Of a DNA stretch of 64,000 nt, positions 1-12,942 are shown in pieces. Source of the DNA: Trichosphaerium sp. ATCC 40318 (lineage: Eukaryota; Protista; Tubulinea); contig JALMLS010000120.1 of NCBI GenBank assembly GCA_038496445.1, positions 52,188 through 116,187 of the forward strand. The letters are read 5' to 3'. The notes under the pieces were generated by a model. It was not told the DNA's origin. It was given only the letters and a program-made list of their open reading frames with translations, and did no database searches. The first letter of the stretch is position 1. Each line of letters begins with the position of its first letter. The position numbers and the translations under genes were made by a program.

Positions 1-4
1 GGCA

Positions 5-520
5 GTGATTCGTAAACTACGAAATACGTTGGTCGTTTTGAAAACGAACTGCGATGCAAAACTCGAGAACCTTTTACATCACAATCGAAACGTAACTGTA
101 AAACAATCCCATATTGAACAGTACGTCAATTCCGAACAACAATCGAAGAAACGTAAACGTGGACCCGTGATGGCAACAGTTATTGATACAATACCACCAA
201 TGCCAAACACCAAACGTCAGCGTTTGATGAATAGCCAGAAAAGCGTCAATGTAGAACAAACCTGTCAATCTCGTAACTCTCCTTTGTACCTTCCTGGTCA
301 TCAACATGTAAAGTTTGAGAGATTCTATGAACGTACGACAATCATTGCACCTGATCTTCCATCACTCTCAAATCCTTGTTCAATCAAGAAGCTCAGGGTA
401 AACTCAAAGCCAAGTTCAAAACCACAACAAAAGAAGAGTGTATCAAAACCAAAGTCAAACAAGCCCAATGTAAAAACAAGGAGCAAAACACGACTCAACC
501 CAAAAATAGCTAGTAGCTAG
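5..520 (+). CDS. 3' part of a hypothetical Lys/Ser/Pro-rich basic protein, probably entering from left of the window
   Basis: 171-codon open frame from the window edge to TAG at 518-520. Contains an NLS-like KKRKR and a low-complexity basic tail. No recognisable domain. Confidence 0.35.
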   Translation: MIRKLRNTLVVLKTNCDAKLENLLHHNRNVTVKQSHIEQYVNSEQQSKKRKRGPVMATVIDTIPPMPNTKRQRLMNSQKSVNVEQTCQSRNSPLYLPGHQHVKFERFYERTTIIAPDLPSLSNPCSIKKLRVNSKPSSKPQQKKSVSKPKSNKPNVKTRSKTRLNPKIASS

Positions 521-666
521 ATAACTCTGTCAGATACCGGCATCCTATAGCAGTTCTGTGTATACAAATAAACTGTAGATTTTGAACACTAAGCTGTATT
601 CTTACACTTCAAGAGTAATTTGTGAAGGGTCACAACAGTGGATGTACTTATTTTATTATCAAACAT

Positions 667-850
667 GTCGACTTCCATGTAAACGTTTCCGCCTCTGTGC
701 GGACTTTATGTAAGCGAGAGGCAAAAAAGCCGAAAACTGTGCGAGTAAAAAGTTCTGTATATGACATGAAACTCGCACAATATTCGGCATTTTTGCCTCT
801 CGCTTACATAAAGTCCACACAGAGGCGGAAACGTTTAAGTGGAATTCGAC
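667..850. mobile_element. MITE-like fold-back element (~80 bp inverted arms, ~23 bp loop)
   Basis: gtcgacttccatgtaaacgtttccgcctctgtgcggactttatgtaagcgagaggcaaaa...tgtgcgagt is the near-perfect reverse complement of actcgcaca...ttttgcctctcgcttacataaagtccacacagaggcggaaacgtttaagtggaattcgac. Confidence 0.7.
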
Positions 851-959
851 TTATTGTCTGGCATTGGAAGTATTTGTTGACCGTACTCAAAAGATAGGAA
901 GTTAAGCAATCTATTGGTGTACCATACATTTATCAAACTCGAAAAGTAACAGACAGGCG

Positions 960-1871
960 TTATGAGTACAAGTAAATTTTAATAAGTTTGTTAGAATAAT
1001 TACTTTCCAAGCATTCTTTAATTTACAGTGTTGTTTAGTAATAGCTTGTTCGAATAGTATAGATTGATTGCAGTGTTATTTACGTTGATACCTGGGCACA
1101 GTGTAAAAATGTTGAAGGTTCTTTGGCAGGTTTTTTCCTTTTTTTTTTTCTACAAGAAAATCGTTAGAGCATGCTTGAAACTAATACAAAGAGTTTCTCA
1201 AGTAGTTCACAATTCAAATATACTACCACTTATAGTATTCCCCAACATAAATTTGTCTAGAAAACTATACAGGACAATGTTGCTGACAGGAAAGCTGTCT
1301 AACAAGCCAATACTTAAGGTGGCCAACTTGACTTATGTACGTTGTTTTCATACCTTGACTACTTATAATTAATGGTAACCCTTTCCTTCCTTTCATTACT
1401 ATTGGATCACCTTTACCATCTACTTTTTTCTCAAATAGTATATCCTCAATGTTGCTATTGTTTAGGAGTATTTGATGGAACAGTTTGTAAAAGGCAATAT
1501 CCAGCTTGATCCATCCTGTATTGTCCATGTTTATTATCACTTTTCTGATATTCTTGGAATCATAAAGGGCCATATATACTATAAAGGGTCCAGGATTCAT
1601 CGAGCTATTACCACCAATGTGTAACACCTGAGTATCTGTATTCTCATGGAACAAATAATCACAAAAGTTCTTGCTATTCTTCAAAAAAAAGTAAGGTTGT
1701 CAAAATCTGGTAACACGTCGCTAATACTCCAATATTAAATCGTACCAATACTAATCCTTTGATATTATTTTTACCATAGAAACTAAATTTATCTATTCGG
1801 GAAGCTGTTTGTATTGCAGCATGATGATAAACCATAAACCTTAACAAGAAAAAAGTGAGAAAAAAATACAT
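960..1871 (-). pseudogene. degenerate LRR(RNI)-like coding relic
   Basis: ORF fragments 1674-1871 and 1265-1684 are in different frames and contain NTDTQVLHIGGN, SKNIRKVII and NNSNIEDILF repeat-like segments. Flanking frames are interrupted by stops. Confidence 0.25.
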
Positions 1872-2050
1872 CTGAAGTCAAAACTCGATATCCGCTGGGG
1901 TACTTACGAGTTAATTTTTTGAATATAGCGGTAGGCTCTCAACGCTGCTATATTTTTTGCCTCTCTTTTTTGTGTTGCCCAACCCTTGCGTACAATAGTT
2001 TTTACTTTTGTAGCGCACGTGATCTAAACAAACGCGGTTTTTTTTTTTGA

Positions 2051-3341
2051 CTACTGATGATTGTTCTGTACCTTAGCTTTCCATAACTGTGGTCCTATTT
2101 GCTCTGAATCAAATGTATAATTGTCAGATGCTTTCTTCCAAAACCTTGGAACTTATAAAGGGTCAATGCGTTAAAAAATAAGATAGATATTGAACAAACT
2201 TGTTACAAGCGAAAATATTAGAACCTTGGTACAGTGTATGCAACGCTTGAATTGGGTTTTTCCTTTCATCGCATCCCTTCAATATAAAGCAGTACATAGC
2301 CTGCCGATTTTTGAAGTTAGTTGTGTTATTTATCCTTTCTTAAATAGTGAACAAAACGCACGTGAGTTTTCCAATTTTTGTTGCTTAAGTTTTTTTTGTC
2401 AGCAAAATCTCTTTGTGATACCTCTTGCCACAGGTGCTAAACAAACGTTACCTTCTAGGAAATTACATCACAAATATAATGGTCATTTACCTCGGTGTCT
2501 ATGACCATGTGTAGTTTCCTACTGGTCATAGAAAGTGAAACAATAGACGTAATGTCCATGTGTGGAACAATATAGAATTGCCACGTTTCTATCGGCATCT
2601 TCTCTGTTGTTGATAGTCCAATCCACGCTTCTTCTTCCTTCTTGACCTCCAGATCTAAGAGGTGATCAAGTGCTAACTTGGCAAGCAAATGTTCGCAAAT
2701 TTTTTTGGTTGAAGCTGCTTGATTTGATTTGATAACAACGTCATTAAACAAGGTAACTGTGGAGCAAAGACATTAGTTACAGATGAACCACGATTAAACA
2801 CTAAGGCATCAACAAGCTACAACAGCACGTACTTTGTCCTGTAAACGGAGATGAGCCAGAACAAGTGTATTGTGGAAGAGGTTGTTTAAGTTTCTGAAGG
2901 TATTCATTGAGTTTGCCTTTGTGGTTATCTGTACACGTGCTGACAAGTACAGGTTCTTCTAAAATACGTTCAGTTAATGTTTTACTCCTTCCTTCCTCAT
3001 TTTCTGCAAAATTAGACGCATTTGACGGTATTTCAGAGGTGCAGAGGTGTTTTTCGCTAGAATCGTGGTTTTCCTCCTTTTTATCATTCTCTTTGCTCTG
3101 TAGCGAGGCCAGCGCTGTTTTGGCCGCGTTGTGTTCTGATTCTTTTTTCTTTGCTTTCGGATCACTCTCATACGTAGTCTCATTCACTTTTACAGTTGCC
3201 TATACTACAATAAACCCATTGGAACGTTTTTCCTAAACGTACAATCCAAAGATCGTCTGTGCGTCTCTGAGCGGAATAAACTGGAAGTGGTACACCACAA
3301 CGCTGGCAATGCTCTTGTAGTTTACTTTTCCAGGTCGCCAT
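2051..3341 (-). CDS. protein with two double-stranded-RNA-binding motifs followed by an F-box (6 exons)
   Basis: ATG at 3341. dsRBD1 is WKSKLQEHCQRCGVPLPVY...ATVKVNETTYESDPKAKKKESEHNAAKTALASL. dsRBD2 is HKGKLNEYLQKLKQPLPQY...STKKICEHLLAKLALDHL. The F-box is MPIETWQFYIVPHMDITSIVSLSMTSRKLHMVIDTE-HLWQEVSQRDF...NWK. Five GT-AG introns keep the frame to TAG at 2051-2053. Confidence 0.8.
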
Positions 3342-3484
3342 AACGCCCTGTTATCCTTTTAGCCTCAGCTAGGAACATATATTCAAGTCAAGGTTGTTCT
3401 TTCAACCATATTTTGTTCCAAACAGAAATAACTGATAATCTCTGTTGTTTATACATTGTTTATTTTAATGTTTATAATGATTAT

Positions 3485-6400
3485 AAAGTTTTACACCAAC
3501 GTATGCTCCAAGTGATAATACAATAATAAGACTAAGATAGAAAACGTTAGAAGAGAAAAAAACTTATCAAAGCTGAAGTAAAAAAAAACAACAATATTTA
3601 ACAAACACGTGCCCAATTATTATTGCTGCTATGAGCACACGATCAATTGTAGATTCTTTTCCTGGGATTTCAGGAGTTCCATTTACATCAAGAAGAAGCC
3701 TTCCCATACTATGATTACCATCTATAACTGCTGAATTCTCGAATTCTAAAATTAAAGTAAAAATCAGTTTAAAAAATTCCATTGTTACGCACTCCACTCG
3801 GCCCAAAGGCGTCCGCCAACCAAGTATTTAGATACATCTAGCTTATTAACTTGTAGTCTAAAACCAATACTTTCATTTCCCACCATTTGTGGTATTGTAA
3901 GTGTCTGTTTAATAGAGCCCTAAACTCAATTAGAAACGAAGGAAAAAATACTGTACATACCCCAATGTCAGATAGAGCGTTAAAATTAAAAACTTTCAAC
4001 ATCAAGTTCCATGGATATGTAGTCACATTTGTGACGGAAAACTAGTGCAAGAAAGGTAAGTAACAAACAAAAAAAACATATCTGCCAAATTTTCTTTGAA
4101 AATAAGAAAGAAATGAGAATTTAAGTTTTTATCAACACTGTTTACCTTACTATCAACAACATCATAATGGAACATTGATTCGTTAACATTACTTCTACCT
4201 TTAATTTTAGGTAAATGACAGTTCACCTTGACCTCAAAATCAAGTACTGCGTCCTAAGCATCAAAAGCGTTAAAACACAATTTTTGGTATTTCAAAAAAA
4301 AAAAAGAACACTGCGTACCATGTCACATTCCAAGTCTGCTTTATCCCCATCAAGATGTATTTTATATTCTTCCAAGTATTCAAGTTCTCTAGAATCATGA
4401 CACTCTATATACAAAGTAAGAGAGGCCACAAATCAGAGCAACGTGGTAAAAAGTCAGTTTTCATCCTAAAACTTACGTTTGTGCTGACTTGAAGTGACTG
4501 TTAAGCCACATGAAAACTGTCTAGGCTTCTTACACTTGGAACCTTCCTAATAAATCTATCAGTACCGTAAAAAATGTTTAAACCAGTAGGTGGCTGGCAG
4601 GTGAGTTGCCGTACGTAATCAATTGGACAAATACAACCCTCGCGTGTTTGTGTTTGATAGCAAAAGGCTAAACAGTCACTGGTATGCTTCTGCCATACGC
4701 ATTGGACACCACTACGTCATCTGTATAAGAAAAAAGCCACGAGTAAATAAAACAATACCCTTTACAACCCAAATCAATCGTCGTGCAAGATGTATTCAGT
4801 ATACTTTGGCCAACACAAACAATCTACAAATAAAATATAAACATTGCAACACAATAAAACAAACGCTTCTGTACCTGAGATATTGCACAACCTTCTGGAA
4901 TAGTTGGTGTAGTGAAAGGAACAAACGTATTTCCACATTGAAGCTAAAAAATATAAGCACGTAGAGATAACCTGTTACGCACTTGTGCAACTCTACAAAG
5001 CGTTCCATTATCACCAATACGTATCGAATTATCTTGGCATATGACCTAAAAAGGGTTTAACACAAGTTGCTAAAAAACAAAGCTAAAATACCTCTTGAAT
5101 GTTCCAACAAGACGCAAGAGATTGGTTGAACTTATCAGCGTCTATACCACGATTAAGACCACAATCAATCTCAAGAAATATTAGTAATCAGTAACCTAAC
5201 CCTACAAGTTTGTACAGTCTTAAGCCTACAATCATTAGGCTTGCCAGCTTCGCAAGCAATTGTTTTATCCTACATAGAACGTAAACTTTTTCATGTTCTC
5301 CAATGTTGGCTTCAAACGAACGCACTTGTATCTCTGTACACCCAAGTAAGTTACCTTGGTCATTCGTCTTTGGACATTCTTTCTAATACAAAGTTTACAA
5401 ACCAACACTCATACTACAAAAAGCAAGAGTACCTTGTACCAAGTACATTGTTCATCAACATGAAGTTCTGGACAAGGCTTATCTCGAGTAACACAATCAC
5501 TGCTGTCAGGTACTTGGTCCTTTTCTACTACTTTGCCATCGCATACCATCTAATCAAATAAGCACTTGTAGGTATATAATTTTGAAGCACCTCTTGTGTA
5601 CTACACCTATACTCCCATGCTTGATAACCAAATATTGTAAAATTATTATTACACCGGACTTGAGCAAAGCAACTATTGTTTGTATTGAAAACTATCTCTT
5701 TGAACCTTGTGGGATCTGATACTTCTTCAATACCACAAAAAAACTAGGATTTGTTACAAATGACCGAAGGAGAAAGTCTCAGAATCGATTCTTTGACATT
5801 TGAACGGGTTTTTTTCCGTCAGAATTTCAGCGTACTTTTTCTATTTTACAATCATCTGTTGGGTATGTGTAATAAGACGTTAGGTCCTCAACACGCGTAA
5901 AGCAGTCTAAAGAGAGAACGGTACACTCGTCCAAATTAATATCGGCGATGTCGCTCTCTGTTCTATTTGTTACGTTTACCGTTACGCCGTTACAATCAAA
6001 GGCGTAAACAGTGCACCATTTGCCTGTACATTTGTCTACCTACATAAAAATGAATCTTTACCGTGTAAATGGCGTCAAGAAGGCGCGAATGTATAAAATT
6101 AGGCGTAATTGAACATTTGGGAAAATAACACCTATTCTACGTACTTTGGAGGTGACATTTCCAATAATACCAATGCCATTACAAGGTTCTTCAACCTCAG
6201 TCGCGTTTTCCGCCGGTAAATCTTCTAAAGATCGCTTCCGTCGCGTGGAAAGTGTTTTTGGGGAATATGGAGCAGGAAAAAACACTTTTCTGGCTGTTGT
6301 AATTGTGGCATGTAACGATTCTACCATAGGGTTCACCTTCTCAGCGTAGACATTGTTTATAGTGTCTGACGGCCACCCTGTCGTGAAATAATCCAACACC

Positions 6401-6488
6401 GTCTTAAATTCGCCTATATCTCTGACACTTGCGTTGGTAGGTACGATCAAAGCAACAAGCAGGCAGAATGTGAACGCTACCCAACGCA
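3485..6488 (-). CDS. multi-exon Cys-rich type I membrane/surface protein with signal peptide and furin-like RRKR site
   Basis: MRWVAFTFCLLVALIVPTNA signal peptide, then RRKR/S. Cys-rich exons at 5400-6040 and 4610-4830 (CICPIDY, EGF-like). C-terminal hydrophobic segment VLIAAIIIG...SILVLLLLSLGAYVGV near 3485-3640. Internal exon joins only partly traced. Confidence 0.55.
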
Positions 6489-6716
6489 TTGTTACCAAAC
6501 GCGCGTTTTGCTATTTGTTTTCACAACCAAAATGAGGCACAAAACTGCAGGCAAAAAAAAAACCGTTGTTCAACAATTTTCTTCCACCTCCGTATTTTTA
6601 GACATAGCGCACAGAACTATACTTGGGAGCCTCGGACTTTACCGTAGTACACCCCCTCTAGCTGTTGCGTCTAACCACGAATACACCGAAGAAATAACAA
6701 CTCAATTTGTAAAACA

Positions 6717-8944
<2,228 letters not shown>

Positions 8945-9403
8945 CCCTTCTCATGTGCTAATTTAGTTTCACTTTAAAAAATCTAAAAGAGAAAAAAAAC
9001 CAAAAAAAAACCCATAAAAACGATAACGTTACCTACCAAGAAAAAGGTTTCGGTTGTAATAAATTGTAAATTATCACTCAATAAATACCGTCATAAATTA
9101 GGACTAATAACTGCCTTTTCTGTGATGGTGCACTAAACGATCTTAATTTGCTTTTTGTAGGTAACTAAATTAATCTCATCACAACAATGCTTTGGTGCCT
9201 TTGTGGGCAGTATGGATAGCAAAAGTAGGTGGCAACAGTTTCTAATGGTGTATTTGTAAGATGTGAATGAACTAGTCAGTGTTGGAGTACGCAGTAGAAA
9301 AGTATTAAACAGTTATTTAGACATATTGTAACTGAACGGGAAGAGAATAACAAAATGGTGTATTTATTTATTTAGATATTTAGTTGTGAAATACTCAGGC
9401 GGT

Positions 9404-10041
9404 TTATTCTGCTTTTGACTCAGAGCGTTTTTTCGACTTCGAATTATCAGTGCCGTTCTGTATCAAGCCTAATAATATTATGGCCGTTGAGCCAATCATC
9501 CCAATAGTAACAGGACCCAAAAGAAGAGTCTGAACGATCAACTCTTGAAGATCACTAAAGGGGAGATCAGACAAGGTTTTCTTGTATAAAATACGGGCCT
9601 AGCCGGCGTCTTAGATGGCGTAGAGTTCGGTAAGAGCTTGAAATTGGTACCAAAAACGGCACATAGCATATAAGCAACCACGTGTAGGTAGGTTCCTATG
9701 GAGAAAAGTAGTTGGAGTTTATTGTTTTAATGGGAAAAAAAAACTGATAAAAAAGTAAAGCCTAAAACGTGTCATTCACGTGTACCTGCCATGAGAAGCC
9801 ATACCATTAAGTGGCGCATGGTTTTACCAAGGTTTAGGTAAGGTACCATTAAACCAACTACACATATCCAGGTGCCGTTTAGTACGGCCTCAATGTGACC
9901 ACCAACGGCTGCCCTGTAGCTGTTGTAGAAACCGAAAGCAGCTCCAAGGCCTGTTATGGTCAATCCAAGGAAGAATAATAGAGCTCCCATGAAGAAGAGT
10001 CTTTTTTGGACTCTTAGAACGTCTGGTGATGGTGCTAGCAT
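9404..10041 (-). CDS. small multi-pass membrane protein resembling the bacterial styrene oxide isomerase (StyC)-like family (3 exons)
   Basis: LLFFLGL...GHIEAVLNGTWICVVGLMVPYLNL...GTYLHVVAYMLCAVFG...DLQELIVQTLLLG. The H-x4-LNG motif matches StyC AHSGPALNG as I recall it. The second intron (9555-9598) needs a GC donor. Confidence 0.6.
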
Positions 10042-10169
10042 TGATGGTTATTGTGAATTGTTTGTATTAATTGGCAAACTTGATCATCATGTTTTAAGTC
10101 AGGAGCTTTCTTTTTCACAGAACTGAATCCTTTTCGCAATAAACCGACTTGAAGTGTAATAAAAATTTG

Positions 10170-10790
10170 ATGATCTCAATAGTTTTCATATATTATGACA
10201 AATGACGTCACCATGCTAAGTGTATGAAATTACAAACTTGATTTGCCAAAAAAGGGAAGCGAAAAATCAATGGTATGAGGACAGTAAGATGCGGAGACAA
10301 TGTCATTGTGTAAATAGCATCATTGAAGGCGAGGAACGTTTTTGGCATCCCAATGGTATGTTGGAAAGGTGTTGTAATTTTGTAAACCGTGTACTTCATG
10401 GAGAGTATAAATGATGGAGTGACAGTGGAAAATTAGTCTTACACTGTAATTATACTATGCGGAGAATATGGCACCACAACGTACAGCTGTGGAAGCAAGA
10501 AAATGTCACGAATTGCAAACTTGAAGGAGTAAAAAAAATGGTTCAATAATGGATAATTGCATGTGAGTTTTAATTATATGGCATGGCTGATGGAGAGTAT
10601 AAAGAATTGTATAAAAGTGGTCAATTAAGAGCACATAGCTACTTCATCAATAATAAACAAGAAGGAGTGTTCCAGAAATGGCATGACAATGACAGGTTGT
10701 AGGAGCAATCAAATTATCAACGGAGAGCTTACCAGGTACAGTAAAGGCTACGGAGGAACAGTCTAATTAAGGTAACTGTGAACTAGAAGG
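10170..10790 (+). pseudogene. degenerate MORN-variant (MORN_2/YwqK-type) repeat gene
   Basis: Fragments WYEDSKMR, EGEERFWHPNGMLER, HGEYK, DGEYKELYKSGQLR and EGVFQKWHDN are separated by stops and frameshifts. Same repeat type as the 11292-12644 gene. Confidence 0.7.
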
Positions 10791-11291
10791 AGAACAATAA
10801 GTTTGTTTTGCCATTACATATTATGGGATAAACTTTGTTGGAACAACAGACAAGTTTCCAACTATTAACGCAAAAAATAAAACAGTTTTGGAATGTTGAT
10901 ACTAAAATTAGTCCTGAGATATTTTTGTTCAGAGCAACAAAGTTGAGGCTTGTTTACAATATAATTCTGCACCATAAACTTGCTGACATGATACATACGA
11001 AACCCTTCACAAGTCAGAACTCATTGCCTAAAACAGTAGAAAACGCAAACTGGCAAAATTACAGTATCGTCCTTATTCACAGTATATGCTCGAGTGAAGG
11101 AGTAGAAGTTTACAGGAGTACCGCAGCATATCCTTTATCATGTCAAGAGACCTTGATGTGAACTATTTTATCCGGACTCCGTGAATAACCAGCTGTTTTG
11201 GGAAGAAAAATTATCGACTTAAATTGGCGTTAAGCCACTTACAATTGTGTTAGTTGTTACGCACAATTATCACGTCGTCGCTGTATTTTTC

Positions 11292-12644
11292 ATGGAAGAA
11301 ACGACTATTGCGTCAGAACCTCATTCTGAAACGAAAATTACAATTTCGGTTAAACAGCCTCAAATCATCATAACAGCGTTACCGAGCGATGTACAAAGGT
11401 TAATATGTACTCTGGACTCTGAAATATTCATGAAATACCACCTCCTATCCAAACAAGCGGCGATTAGAACTCACTTCAATAGCGCTCTTGAGAAGGACGG
11501 TTTATGGATATCTTGGTACCCAACAGGCGAAATAAGACAACACTGGCGTAGAGACGGTACTTGTAAGCGCTGGTACAAGAATGGGAACATACAATTCGAA
11601 CATTCCCAGCGAAACGGTAAATCCAACGGTATTTTCAAGTTATTCAGAGAAAGTGGAAGTCTCGCCATAGAGGTTGAAATGAAGGATGGTTTACAGGATG
11701 GTATGTTAAAAGAGTATTACGGAGACTTTCCAAGGAGGTTGGCAAGACCTTTGGGAAGATTAAACGAGAGAGAACAAGAAAAAACACCGGAAGATCCAAA
11801 CGGAAGACTCAGGTATAAGTTTACAATGAAGAATGGTGTGAAACACGGTTTGTATGAGGAGTTTACACGTAAAGGTAAAGTAAGTGCTATAGGTAATATG
11901 AAGGATGGTAAACAAGATGGTTTACGTATAGAGTATAGCGGTGATGTAAAGTATAGAGAAAGTATGTGGAAAGAAGGTAAAAAACATGGTTTTTATAGAC
12001 AATGGTTCAGAGATGGTTGTAGATGTCTTGAGTATCATAATATTGATGGTAAAAAACAAGGTGAGTCTAAGGAGTGGTTTAGGACAGGTCAGATTAAACG
12101 TCATTGTTTTATGAAGAATGGTTTTAAAGAAGGAAAATTTAAGGAATGGTTTGCTGATGGCAAGCTTAGAATTGAAGCTGTTTATTATAAGTCTAAAAGG
12201 CATGGTGAGTATAAAGAGTGGTATGAAAATGGACAATCTAAGGAAGAGAGTATGTACAAAGAAGGTAAATACGATGGAGAGTTGAAGCGGTGGCATAGTA
12301 ACGGACAAATGAGCACTCATTGTTTTAAAAAAAATGGAATAACTGATGGTTTATATAGACTTTGGTATAAAACAGGACAACCTCAGACTGAGTACACCAT
12401 TGGTAATGGTGTGAAACAAGGTTTATATAGGTCGTGGTACTCTAATGGTGTTCAAAACAAGATATGTACTATGAAGGATGGTCGTCAATGTGGTGAGTGT
12501 AAGACTTGGTATATGAGTGGACTTCTTTCTACACATTCTGTTGTGGAAGATGGTAAAGCAATTAAACCTCGTAAGACTTGGGATAGTAAAGGACAGCTTA
12601 CGTATAGTTCTATACTTGCCAATTTAAAGGGTGGTATATTCTAG
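11292..12644 (+). CDS. intronless MORN-variant repeat protein with F-box-like N-terminus
   Basis: Single ORF with ~24-aa repeats of type GKKHGxYKEWYENGQ. N-terminal ITALPSDVQRLICTLDSEIFMKYHLLSK is F-box-like. First ATG at 11292. Confidence 0.85.
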   Translation: MEETTIASEPHSETKITISVKQPQIIITALPSDVQRLICTLDSEIFMKYHLLSKQAAIRTHFNSALEKDGLWISWYPTGEIRQHWRRDGTCKRWYKNGNIQFEHSQRNGKSNGIFKLFRESGSLAIEVEMKDGLQDGMLKEYYGDFPRRLARPLGRLNEREQEKTPEDPNGRLRYKFTMKNGVKHGLYEEFTRKGKVSAIGNMKDGKQDGLRIEYSGDVKYRESMWKEGKKHGFYRQWFRDGCRCLEYHNIDGKKQGESKEWFRTGQIKRHCFMKNGFKEGKFKEWFADGKLRIEAVYYKSKRHGEYKEWYENGQSKEESMYKEGKYDGELKRWHSNGQMSTHCFKKNGITDGLYRLWYKTGQPQTEYTIGNGVKQGLYRSWYSNGVQNKICTMKDGRQCGECKTWYMSGLLSTHSVVEDGKAIKPRKTWDSKGQLTYSSILANLKGGIF

Positions 12645-12942
12645 ATACTGTATGCATACATATAATTGAGGAATCTGTACTCTTAGTATAATTTAGATTT
12701 TTGTAAATAAAACTTTGCCGTAGTACAATCACTGTTGTGACAGCTTATTTTACAAAAGAGTAAATTTATTTTCATCTGAACCAGGCCATTACAGTATTAA
12801 AACAAGAAGCATGTGTTCATCATTTATGATGGCGAGTTACAAGTTTCTTAGGTGGTACATGTGCTGACTTTATTTGATTGATGGCTGCTAAAGTACTGCA
12901 ATAGCCAAATGGCCAGCATTAGCGCTTTAGTTGTATTTGAAG

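Noticed and set aside
10835-11161. 108-aa ORF between the MORN genes, and an AcpS-like HDKGYAAV on the minus strand
   Set aside because: No recognisable domain. The motif is short and flanked by stops.
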